Assembly (NCBI GenBank): GCA_036172245.1
Contig: JAYWIR010000018.1
Location: forward strand, 806,001-870,000
Length of the DNA: 64,000 bases
Source of the DNA: Raillietiella orientalis
Lineage: Eukaryota
Direction: 5' to 3'
Shown: piece after piece, positions 33,651-45,600 of the stretch
Numbering within the stretch: the stretch's first letter is position 1
Layout of the letters: every line of letters starts with the position of its first letter
Position numbers and translations under genes: made by a program
Notes under the pieces: model-generated
Databases searched by the model: none
Seen by the model: only the letters and a program-made list of their open reading frames with translations
Told to the model about the DNA's origin: nothing

Positions 33651-36600
33651 TTCATGTTTTTCTTTGTTTTCGGTTTTGTTTGTTTGGACTGCCAGGAACT
33701 CCAGATGCGCCCTTCTATCCCACGGAGGGACACCCAACAGCGCCGTCACAGGAGGCTGGAAAGGCTTTTTTTCCCCACTGCAACGCTGCCGATGCGTTGC
33801 TGAAGCGAGGAAAGCGAGCACACCCAAGAGAATCCCCCCTGATTCCTGACTGTCCAAGTCAGCAGCCCGTCCGGACGTGAGGGTGCCCCACGTCCGAAGC
33901 CCGCAGTCCTCCCAGCGCCCTATCGCGGAGCTCACCAAACCCAGCACGCGTCCAGAGCGGCGTCGATGCTCACAGGGTGAGTCGAGCCTGCGGGAGGGCG
34001 CCCTGGCTGCCGACGCAGGGAATTTCGGGTTGGACGATCTCCCAGCGGACTCTTTTTCTACTTTTCTACCCTTGTCAAGGGGAGTGCTAACCTTCTCTCC
34101 TTTTCTACGACCGGCGGACTCTTGGGGATCGGCAAGCACTCCGAATCCGACAGGGGACTCCCCTGGCTCGCGGGTGTTGCCTGGAGAATCCCCGCGCGCA
34201 AACCGCGGTGCGTTCCTACGCGCACGTTTCAGGTCCTACTCCTGCGCTCGGGCGGTGCCCGCCGGAGACGCTGCTGGCGGCCTGGGAAGAAGGTGCGGGA
34301 GGCGCACAGGTGACGCCAGGCTGCATCCCCCACGGGTTCGTCAACAGCCAGACGATGATCGCGGTTGCGGGGTGACTCCGATAGAGAAGGAACACCAGAA
34401 ACCGCCGCACCGCCCACCAGGGCATTCCTGGAACTCATCGCACCAGCCGAACCGGGCGAGCAGCTCGAGGGGACGACCGGGACGACGGTCGTGGTGGACG
34501 TCTTCCACTCTGGCGAGCGCACACCTCCAGTGCAGGAAGGTGGCAGGTCGGAGGATGCGAGAAGAAACTGGCAACGAGGTCCTGGACTCCAGTTCGCTCC
34601 TAGCGACCCGCGCACGCCGAGCAGAGACCTCCAGGAAGGTACAGCAGCAGTCGGATCCCTGGGAAGATGCCTGCTGACCCGGGAGGCGGCGAAGAGTCGG
34701 TGAGGGAAGAGCCGAATTGATAGAACCGAACGGAGGACACCGGAAACGAAACCCCCGGGATGTGAGTTCGCAAGGGTCGCCGACCGGGAGAGGAGGCCTT
34801 CTAAACCAATCGCAGGAAGAGTGGAAAAAGAGGGACTGCAGAAGAACGGAAGGATCTCTGCTCGACCCGCGTCCGGCTGCTGTCCCTCATCAGGGCACCT
34901 TTGTCCGCGTTCTTCAGCGGAAAAGCCGACGACAGTGCAAACGCATCTTGAAGGCCTCGGCGGCGGAAGTTCACGGGGAGAAAGAGGCAGGAATATGCCG
35001 GGAATTTTCCTCCGTTTCCCGACGGAACTCCCGTTCGCAAGGGAGCTGCATCGCGGGTCGCGTGGAACGGACCCGCCTGGCACTCGCTTCCGGAGCCTTC
35101 GCAGAACCGGCAGGTGCGAACGTGCGGTCGCACTTGGCGGGGCGCGGTCGTCCGTCCATGGCGCGGTTTCGCGCGCCCCAACGAACCCTCTCCTCGACTC
35201 TTCGAACAAAGGAGGCACACCCTCGTCTGGAAACGCTGCGGAAAGCCTGGCCTTCGGATCCCGCCTTACCTCGGCACGTAGGCCGTTCCCGGACCCGCCT
35301 CCGCATGTCTGCCCCTGGTCCCCAGAACGCGTCCGCAGCGACGCAGGAGCAACAAAGTGGCAACCATCCCCTCCCCCCCTGCCGACGGTCGCGACCGAGG
35401 GACACCCGAAGGCAGCAACCCCGTGCTGGCGTGGCGCCTCGTCTGCCATCGCATCGATGGAACGGCCCGGGGCGCACGACGTGCAGCAGCCGCGCCACCA
35501 ACTCTCTTCTGAGCGCTTTCATTTTCCCACGCGCACACATCCGCCCTGTCCCCAATCCCACTCGAGATGAGGCTTCCCCCCGCCTCCATGTCCTGTTGGC
35601 GCGCTTTCAACGCGGTGATTCATTCCTACCCTGCCCACCTTTCGTGGCCCTATCCTGCCGCGAGCTCGGGCTGCACCTCCGTCGCCATTGACATCGCTGG
35701 GAAGGGAGGAACGGCCGCGGCGGGGAGAAGAAAGGAAGTGACGGGGGGAGGAAGCGCTCCTTCACGGGCCGCCCATTGCCCATTGTGCGCCGCTCCCCGT
35801 GGAAAGAGGCCACCCCGCGGAGGGCGCGAGAAGGGCTTTTGTCGCCTGCAGAGTCCTTCGACGTCTTCTCCTCGGCGCGCGGGGAGCCAAGCGCTTCCTC
35901 CTCCTCCTTCTCCTCCATCTCCCTCTCTTCCGGTTCCTTTCTTCCCTCCCCCCATTGCCACGCTGCCTGTTTGCTTGGCGCTGTCCGTGCACGCTGCCGC
36001 TTACCTCTCGCGAGCGCGCAGCGAGACCTCGCACCCTGCCTCCCTGCGAACGCACGCTCGTGCGCAGGAGGAAGCTCGCATCCCGCACGGGAGGGAAGGC
36101 GCATTTCCATGACTCCCCGAGCGAGACGGGCGCCGACGGGCGAGCGATGCCTGACGTCGGCAAACTACGCAGCCCGCGCCAACGGGCAGCAGAAGAGGGG
36201 GGAAAGAAAGGACTCTCCACGATCGCGTCTCGGGAGCCTTCACTTTCAAGCCTTCATTTGGCACCCCCTTTCCGCGGGAAGCCATGCGACCCACGAAAGA
36301 AGAGCGAGGGACCGCCCGTCGCCATGGAGTGGGCGCCGGGACTCGCCACCCGTTCGCACCTCCGCGTCGCTGCTGCCATCTGCCCGCAGGAAAGTGCGCG
36401 CCGCAGGAGGTCTCCGCGACTCGCAGGTGCCGTGGGCCCACGGTGGGGAGAACCGTCGAAAGATGGACCGATGCGCCCCTCTCGCTCGCCTTTCGGTGCC
36501 GTGCGCAGCGCGCGATGCGCACCCCGCGACGGAGGTCTCAGAGGACGGGAGACGCGGCTTGCAGTCTGCTGCTGCGGCCCAACAGAGGATGCCCGCTTGC

Positions 36601-39600
36601 ACCACCCAGGGACGCCCGGTGCACCTCCTCCTGGCAACCGCCGCCTGCAAAGAGAGCTACGACACTCGGAGAGCATCGTTGATCGATGGGGGTGCGGCGG
36701 AGACGCGAGGAAACAAACGCCGCGAGTCCCCTCGAGGAGTCCCCTGTACGCCAGGACTCGCCTCCCACCGCGGCGATTCTCCGTGGTCTCCGAGCTGCGG
36801 TTGCGTCCCGGACAGCATCGGCTGCAGCCTCCGCGCTCGTGGGAAGCGTGCGGCGCCTCGGGCATTCAGGGGGTTCTCCAGTTCGCGTGCTTCGTGGCGA
36901 GTCGCCTCCACCGCCGTGGTGGCCCCCCGCGGCTGCGCAGCACCCGAGGCCGCTCGACTTGCGTGATCGCGAATCACAGCGCCATCCGCGAGAAGGCAAG
37001 CCGGTTTGAGGGCGCAGCACCAGCGCTCGCCTGCGGCATGGCGGCCGATCCGAAAATCCAGGGCTTTCTTCCTGTCGCCCTGCGGCGATAGGAATGCAGC
37101 GGGCAGAGAACAGCGGCAGGTTCTTCCTCGTCCTGTGTGCAGGGGGAACGCGTCCGCAGGCAGGAACTCCTGGGGAACGAAGGGAAGCAGAGGGAAAGAA
37201 TTTCGCGGAGGAATCGGAATCATCAGAGATTTGAGAGTGAAGACGAAAGGAGCTCGCGAGGAAGGCATCTCCCTCTGTCCCTCTCCTCCACCGCTCCGCA
37301 TCCCTGGGAAGGGTGACGCCATTTTCCCCTTGGGTGTCCATCGTCTCCGCGACGATGGCGGAGAGGTAGGCGTGCCAGTGGTCCTGCCCGTTTTCTAGGG
37401 CCGGTCGAAGCCCCAACAGCGGCTGCCAACGCGGCAGCAGGCGGGCATCCCGCAAGAAGGGGCGCTTGTTGACGCCACAGGGACGGTTCCCCGGGTGCAG
37501 AGGGACCAAAGAGCAGCAGAGTTCGCGAGTGGGTGCGGGAGAGAGCCGGCTCGTCTGCACCTGGCACACTGAGGGTCTTCCCCTCCCCCCTTCCTGAATC
37601 AAGAAAGCTCCGGAAGAAGCGACGCGGGCGAATGTTGTCCGCAAGCGAATGGCGCCGGAGAGAGGGGGGGGCTGCCAGTCCCGGACGTGCGACCTTCCCG
37701 TCCCAGGTCAACGGGCAACCCGAAGTTCAATCGGTTCACTCCCGTTGCAACCGAACGAACCCACGAGCCAGCGAAGATCCGGCTGGCGTGACGGGAACAG
37801 CAAAGGCTGTGTCAGGGAACGACGGCAGGTTCCTCCAGCAGTCGTAGCTGCTTGACCCGCAGCCTCCACCAGCAGCTTCGGGTCCCGGAGGGAAGCTTCT
37901 TGCTGCTTCCTACGCTGCCGCGAAGCTCTCCACGGAGCAGGCGACGGGTAGCAATCGCCCCGGGGAACGGAGGTGGGAGCTGCCGGCCGTGACGGCACAA
38001 GTGCCTGATGGAAAAGCGCGCAGGTCACCCGAAGGATGGTAGCTCTGAAGAAGACTGCCCGAGGTCGACCTTCCCGGGCGGGAGAGGGAATTTGGAGACG
38101 ACGCCGTGTGCTCGGAAGCGCGCCCCAGTCGCCCACGGGAGGTACAAAGATGGAGCCGCTTCTGTCCGAGGCATCAGCAGGGAAGCATCCGAGAAAACAT
38201 CCCGTTTCGAACACAGGATGAAGGCGAACTTCAAAGCGATGAGCCAGCGGCTGGCACAGGGGACGAAGGCTGTGGGTGGAGGAAGTCTCCTGGAAAGGGA
38301 AGGAACGAACTGACGGGGACGGGGATTCGGAAACCTTTACGAAGACGCGGCGGCCTCGGAATGGAAGCGGTTCCTTCGCCCGGCTTGCTTAGCGACGAGG
38401 AACGCGGTGCTCGCCATCCACCATCCCTCTGCGGAAGAACCCGCGAGGGCGCGCGCGGCGACGGGGACGCCGGAAAAGAGCAATGAAGGAAGAGCAAAGC
38501 CGGGATACCGTTGGGTGGAGGCAAAACGCGCCCAGGCGAAACCCTTCGATCGGCCCACACGGAGGTGCTGCTGCGGAAAGAACGCCGACAGCACCGGTTG
38601 CGAAGAAGGTGGACGAGGATGACCCCGACTCGACGATGGCTCCCTCGATGCGCCCAAGTACGCGGTCGAGCAAGCAACCGCGGGCGACGAGATGCCGAAC
38701 GCGTTAACCGGGACACAGCTGCAGGCGCGAGCGGGCGGGCGCCGTCCGGTCCGCGATGGGAGGAGCGGGTCGTCTGCACCCTGCCGACCACGCAGGTGCG
38801 CAGCAACCGCAAGCTCAGCAATGCGGTGGACTTCCGCCGAGCGGAGCAAACGGAGGAGGCCTTCAGCAGCAGCAGGCGAAGGCCGGGAGCCTCCTTCCAC
38901 CCCCCACCCCCTTCCATCCCATCTTCAGTAGTCGTCTGCCTTTCCGGAGGGGGAGAGGTCTTCGAGAGGGCATGGGCGGGCAAAGGGGGAAAAGAGAGAA
39001 TAGGAGGGAAAATGAAAAGGGAAGACCCGCGATGCTGGCAGCGCGGCGTTTCCTGCGCTCCCCGCGCGGGGCTGCTCCGATCGGGTGGGAAAAAGGAGAG
39101 GAGGGGGGACAAGCGCCCTCGTCCCGCGCAGCTGCTGCAAGCCCTACCGATTGTTCCCGAAATCGATTCGCTTCCGCCGACACGCTCACGAGGAGGGGCG
39201 ACGGCCCTCTCCCGGTCCCGTGCCGCTCTCCGCGCCGCGTTGGCGCCGTAGGGCTGCCGGCGGCTGCCGGCATCTGCCGCCGGTGCGCGAGGAAGGGAGA
39301 GAGGGTGCGGCGGGTGAACCCGACGAGCTGATGATGCAGCGGGAAGGCGGGTCGAGGCGAGGAGTGGCGGAGGAGGGGGTGGCGTGGTGTGGCGTGGCAG
39401 AGCCACCGTGAAGGCTGTCTGCGCCTCTCCCTGACCACCCGCGGCTCGTAGAGGAGTCGCGCTTTGCGGAAAAGGGGGAAGGCGTGGCTGAGGGGAAGGG
39501 GAGACCCGGATTCCCGCGAGGGAAGGAAGGAGGAGCAGTTCGAGCGGTTTCCGCGGGAGCCCACGAGGGAAGGCGCTCGAAGCTGCTCGGGAAGATGGGA

Positions 39601-42600
39601 AGCTGCCGATGCTCTCGGCCCCCTTCCCCCGAGATTGGAAAGGGCACTCCTGGCCTGGAGGGATGCCGGTCGATGGAGAGAGAAAATCGCGACGTCGCGA
39701 GGAGAGCGCCGACCGGTTCCCGGGGCGATGTTGATTCTCCGCAGGGCTGCCTGGAGTCGAGGGCGCGAGTCCAGCCGCTCGTGGAACGTAGGACCGCCTG
39801 CGGGTCGGTCGTATGCCCAGAGGGACCGTGGCTCCCGACTTCCCGATCGCATCGCAGCGAAGTGCCCTGGGACTCGGGGCGCGTCCGAGAGGTGCGCTGT
39901 GGCTCCCTCGGGCGGGGCCAGAGCGGATGGCGAGCGAGGCGGGGAAGCGCGGCGCGGTACGCCCGCTGTGCGCCCCGAGTGCAAGAAGCAGATCGGGGGA
40001 GGGGCAGAGAGGCATCCCAGCAGCGGCCGTCGTCGAGCAGAGCGCGCGGGTGCCGGCCCACGAGATGAGGTGCGCCCCGCGTTGGACCTTCCGTGTATCG
40101 AGCACGCGGGTTCGAACCCCACCTCTAACCGAGGAAGGATTCCTGAGCCCGCGGTGGAGAGCTCCGACCTAGGACCGCTAAGTGGGCGGGAAGAGAAACC
40201 GGAGGCATCTTTTCCATGGCACCGACCCCGAACGAAACTGCGACCACGCTCTCGGAGGAGCAGGTCTTGAGAACGGCGGGGTCAGCAGGTCACGGCGGAG
40301 GCCGCATCGTTGCGCCTGCCTGGAAGGCGTCTGGGAGAGGCTGCCGTCGAGCCAAGAACCGTTTTGCGTCAGCTAACGCGATACCATGGTTGCGAAGCCG
40401 TTTTTTGTGGGGCCAACGGAGGTAGCGGGAAACGGGTAAAGGCATGGGTGAGGGGGTGGAAGCTTCCCGAAGGAGCAGCGTCGATTGTTCGTGCGCGAGA
40501 GTCAGCGGCGGTTCCCTTCTTCCGCAGCCGCGACGTCTTCACCTTACCTTTCTTTACCCAGGAGACGCTGCTTCCGCTTCCTCTTGCTTCCTTCCCGTTC
40601 CGCTCGCTTTCTCCAGGCCGCAGGCGCGCGTCCCGAAGCATCTGCTGCCTTCCACCGCCAACTCGGAAGTCTTCCGTCCCTCGAGCGGAGAGGCGAAGAG
40701 TTCGATCGGAGTGCGATCCTGAGGCTGCGGCGTGACTTCTGATGGTGGGGAGTGTCCGCTGCCCACCAGCGGGCTTGGATGGCCGTGCGCTCCCAGGAGG
40801 GAAAGTCCGAGGCGGAAGCCGTGTGGAGCTGTGCGGTCTTCCCACCCACCCGGGGCCGGAGCTCCGGGCCGCCGATGACGTCGTTTTTACTCTCGGAAGG
40901 CACGTGGCTCCCGCTTGACCAGCCGTTTCCCGCGAATAAGAAATGAACCCCCTCTTGTCTGCGCCCTGGGCCGCCCTGCTAAAGGAAAGCAAGAAGGAAG
41001 CAAAATGGGAGTGGCAGCAACGCGGACGAGTCAGACGCCCGCACCCGAAAGGGAGGGGTTGGGAACGCACTGGGGAGAGTCAACTCGAGGCAGGGGCGCC
41101 GAGGATAATGAGTGAAGACGGAAATAAGTAGGGCGGTTTGGTGGTGGGGGTAGCGCGCGTGCTCCAGGGCATGCACCCTCCGAAGGGAGCGGAAAGGCAC
41201 GTAGGGAAGGGGGATGAGGTCGCAGATTTGCTTGCCAGTCTTTCGTGAGCGGTCCAGAGGTCTCCTCTTTCCTCGCCTTTGGGTTTGGAACTTACGTCTG
41301 GGGCAGAGGCGGGAACACCACCCTCGGAAGACGGCGGACCCGCCCTTCTTGGACGCTTTCGACGCTGTCCGCACGTGGACGTTGTGGCCGGTGTGAAGGA
41401 GGAGACTGGCTCTCCCTGGGGGCATCGCTGCAGGGTGCCTCCATGCTCTCTTGCAGCCCCGCTGCGAGATCTGGAACACTTCCTAAGAGCGTGCGAAAGG
41501 TTTGCCATAGCAGAGCGACGGACACGTTGCTCGGGGTTGCTGCCTGGTGGGGCGCGCTGGCATTGTTCGTCTCGGCGTAGGTCGGGTCGCTTCGCGAGCG
41601 ACTTGCGAGATGACCAAGGAAGAGGAAGGAGGGGTCCATCGGGAGAACCTCGACCTTGGAATTCCTTCGGGGAACTGCAGAGGAACCGATGTTCCATGGC
41701 GAGCCCTGAGCCAGGTCGTTGAGCGCGCGACCGCGTTGCTCTCCACGGTGTGGCGAGTGCGGTAGTGCCCTCCAGCGGCGAACCACCCCTGCTCTGCCGC
41801 GGCAACGGATTACATCTTTTCTTTTTCCTGACCATGCGCGAGTTACCAGACGACTCAATTTCCGAGCGATGCTCTGAAGTGGCTCCCTATATTTCGTCCT
41901 AACGTGCTATCAAATCAGGACGTGCCATAACTGGAAGAAGAATGTGTGACCTCTCGCTGGTGTGAGGCGGGTCGCCGACGGTAGCTTTGTGCCTTTGCAC
42001 CTGCGGCTCCGAACATTGCCAAGATCTCTCCTCCTTCTTCAGTCCACGGAAACTTGGCCCGGGCCCTCGCCTGCGGGCGTCAACGAGATTTCGAAGCAGC
42101 GACCGGAAACCAGCAGGTCGTCGTCGTCCCCTCCTCCTTCAGATGAATCCTTGCGTTCCTTCCGGAACCAGCACCAACAATCCCTTCTCTCCCCTCCCGG
42201 TTCTTTGCCATCCCATCGCTCCGCGCAGGTGCGGCCCCTTCATCGTCCGGCGCGAGAGCGCGAGGTGCTCCGAGCCCTGCTGCGCACTCGGCCAACCCAG
42301 TCAACTCTCCCGTCCAGGAAAGGCGGAATGCGACCCGGCGCGTACCGGGATGGGGAGCGAAGGGAGGACAGGCGCGGTGTCGTTCTGCACGACGCCACGG
42401 GGCGCGCCGCAGCGAGAGGCGGACCGGCCGCTGCTCAATGTCCGAAGCGACGCGACGCCGCTTCCCGCGCGGAGCCGGCGCGGCGCCTGCGCTCTCTTTC
42501 TCTCATGGCTGGGTGCGGCAGTTCCACGCGCCCCGCTTTCTCCGCACTGCTTTCCAGGTCGGCGCCTCCCCGCAGGGATGCTGCGCCGGTCGCTCCTCAT

Positions 42601-45600
42601 TGGGTGCTCCGCCATCTCCTCGGCGGACGCCCCGAAGGTAGCCCGTCTCGAAGGATCCGAAGGCAACCTGGCCATTTCGGAACATTCCTTGCGACGGAAA
42701 GCAGTTGGCAACCCTGGGAGCTGCGCCCTTCTCTCTCCCGCGCCCCGGCGTCCCGACGGATGACCTTCCGCTCCGCGCACCCTGCGGGCCCTGCCGTCAC
42801 CGCGCAGAGCCGGGCGACGCCACGCGTCGTTCGCCGTCGACGCGTCGCGCGTCAGCAGCGGCGCCAGTTTTCCCCAAGCGCCTCGCGACGGTGCCTGCAC
42901 GTCGTCGGCATGGAAACGACGCCGGCGCTCCCGCTCTCCCGATGCAAGGAGGGGAGTCCCCTACCGGAGGCGCACCCTGCCGTTCAAGGCCCGGGAAGCG
43001 CTCGCCGTGCAAGCGGCGGAGGGACGAAAAGAGCCCACGAACGAAAGGACCGCCGTCGCCGCTGCATCCGCGCCGGCCCGGTTGAATGCAGCACTCGGCC
43101 TGCGGAGGCGTCCTCCCTTGGAGCTTGCTGGGCGCTCGAGGAGACGCGTTGTCTCGGGAAGGAGCGCAACCCCGAGGCATTCTCCCGAGCAGCTGCCTGC
43201 AGAGACACGGGGATTCCCCTGCGGAGCGACCAGGGAAGGCCAAGGGAGGACGGAGGCGCCTTGGCGAGCGGGTGAGGTCCCGAGGCCATGGGCGCTGCCG
43301 TTCCCGTGCGGTGCGGTCGCGAAGGCAGGGAGGGGAATACTTGTCAAGGGAAGGGGGTCCCCCCCCTTCGGGTGAAAGTGGGCGTCTCCAGTGAGCTGCC
43401 CTGCCACTCCCGGTGGGAAGTGTCGCATCCGCTTCCACGGCGCGGTTCCCCCTGCGGAACGGAAGGAGCGTCCGCGGTTACTAAGCGGACGAGCGTGCGG
43501 GCATCCCCTGTCGCCCCGCGCCGGACCCGGCCGAACAACCTGCGCCCTCCTGCAATCAGAGGGAGGACGATCCAAGCAGCACACGTAAAATCCCCGAAAT
43601 TCGCCACGTCCGGTGGGCGGGACGGATGGAGGGATGCGCGTCCGCTTGCTCCTCGTGCACAGCGGATACCCCTGCGCTCGTGGGGGGTCCCCGCCGTGCC
43701 TTCCGATCCACGGGAGCTTGCGATCCGGGACTCCGTCTCCTCCGCGAGACTCCGGATCGATCCTTCGTGAACGCGTCCCGATCGATTGCCCGCACGCAAT
43801 GCTCCCCGCGCTCCCGCCCCGCGTGGGCACGCCTCGAGCGTTCCTCTCCGCGTCGGCAGAGCCGTCTGTGGGAGCGGCGCTTCGCTTCTGGGCGCACGCA
43901 GACGCGGCGCCGCCGGAGTCCGTCGGTCGGCACCCGTCGGTTCCCTTCGCTCCCCGACGGGCCCACGAGGAACTCGGTCGCCACGCATCCGGCGCGCTCA
44001 AGTGGGTCACGGCATCCGTCGACGCCCGAGGTTCGGCCCGACCGGAAGCGGGCGGAACCCGCGCGCCTTCCGCGCGATTCCGCGGGCGCCTGTCCGCCGA
44101 CTGGAGCGAAGTCGGCGAGACGGGAACGGCCCCGCACCCGGGAGGAGGAAGGCCGGCCCTGCCGCCGACGGAAGGACGCGCGGCCAGGGTGCGGGACGCT
44201 CGGCCGCTAGAGTCACGCGTTCCGCAAATCCGCAGATCCCAGCACCGGGACGACGAAGACGACGACGGCGGATGGCCGGGAGCCGAGCGTGCGCGGGAGC
44301 ACTGCCTCCGCGTGGGCACGGCGTGAGCAGTCCTCGGCGCGTCCAGTCGCGGGAGATCCCAAATCCCCGCCTGCGGCAATTCGGGTGTTCCGAGAGCTGG
44401 CTGCAGCGCCAACGGGTCCAACGAATCGACGGGAGCCCCAGGGCTGCTCCGGATCACCGTCAGTGCCAACGAGAAGCTTCCAGCCTGTGTGGGAGGGTGC
44501 CCGTCCGTTGGAGGCTGCTCTCCAGGAGCATGGAAGCGGGTTGCTAAGGCGCGACCGCCACGGAAACCTTCCGGCACGCTCCGTCACTCGCAGTTCTGGA
44601 CCTGAGCGGGAGATGTTAGGCGGTCGCGGCGGACCCAACCCATGCGGCCTGGAGGTAGGTCCAGGTCCGGATGCGTGGGGGAGGGGGGGGGGGGAACGGA
44701 ACCGTCGACGGGGCGAGGACGGCGTCGGTGGCTAGCCTTGCTACGTCTGAGGATCGCAAGACGGGAAGAACCACCTCCCCCCGGATCGACCGCGCCAAGT
44801 GGCGAACGGGGTGGACGAGGTCTGCTGCTCCTCGTGGCGTCCCTTTTTGCCGGGCTGGAGAGGGAGGAATTCCTCCCGGACGGACGGACCCTCCCTTCTC
44901 GTGCTCGTCTCCACCAGCTGGAAGCGGCTGGCGTCCGCCTCTGTTTCCGGCTCGGAAGGACTCGCCCTCCACCGCCAATCCACGGAAGCGTTGGCGCTGG
45001 AGAGCTTCGCGAGAAGACCCGATGCTTTGTCCCTGGGTGTCGCGATGGGTGCTGCATGGCATGCGGCATAGAGGAGCTCCTTGGGTGCTTTCTTTGCCGA
45101 GGCGGAACTGAGGCACCGACGGCGAAGCATCGCACGTGGCGTCTCCAAGGTGCCGGCAACTCGTTCCCTCGTCCGGCAAGTTGCTGTTTTGCGACGGGTC
45201 GCTCATCGCTCCGGCGGAGATTCTGCTCTTCTGCATCTGCCGATGAGCTTCCGCGTGATCGTGGATGCGGGCAGATGTCTCTTCAGCTGCTGGTGCGGGA
45301 TTGCCGCGCGAAGCGGGGTCACGTCGGATGCTCCTCTTCACCTGCACTGCACGCCGCAGGCCAAGTCGACGACGGAGCGGAATTTTTTTCTCCAATGCAG
45401 CTTCCAGCAGCGTCGAAGGACCAGCCGTTTCGAGGCCATCATCTGTACGCGGAACGCCCTCTTCCGTACTTTGCTAGGGGACCCTGAGCGGATCCGTGTC
45501 TTCGCCGCCGGGAAGCAGTCGGACCGCTGCGAGCGCGCTGGGCGGAGACGAGCGCCTGGAACGGCAAGATCGTTGCGCTGCAGGGGAGATTCGCGCATTC

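Noticed and set aside
40100..40125. tRNA T-arm-like gcgggttcgaaccccac
   Set aside because: No A-box, D-arm or acceptor stem upstream, so it is not a tRNA gene.
38231..44577. Long ORFs of 400-620 aa (e.g. 38231-40105, 41962-43275, 42961-44577)
   Set aside because: They overlap in several frames on both strands with R/A/P/G/S-rich composition, as expected from stop-codon scarcity at high GC. No domains recognised.
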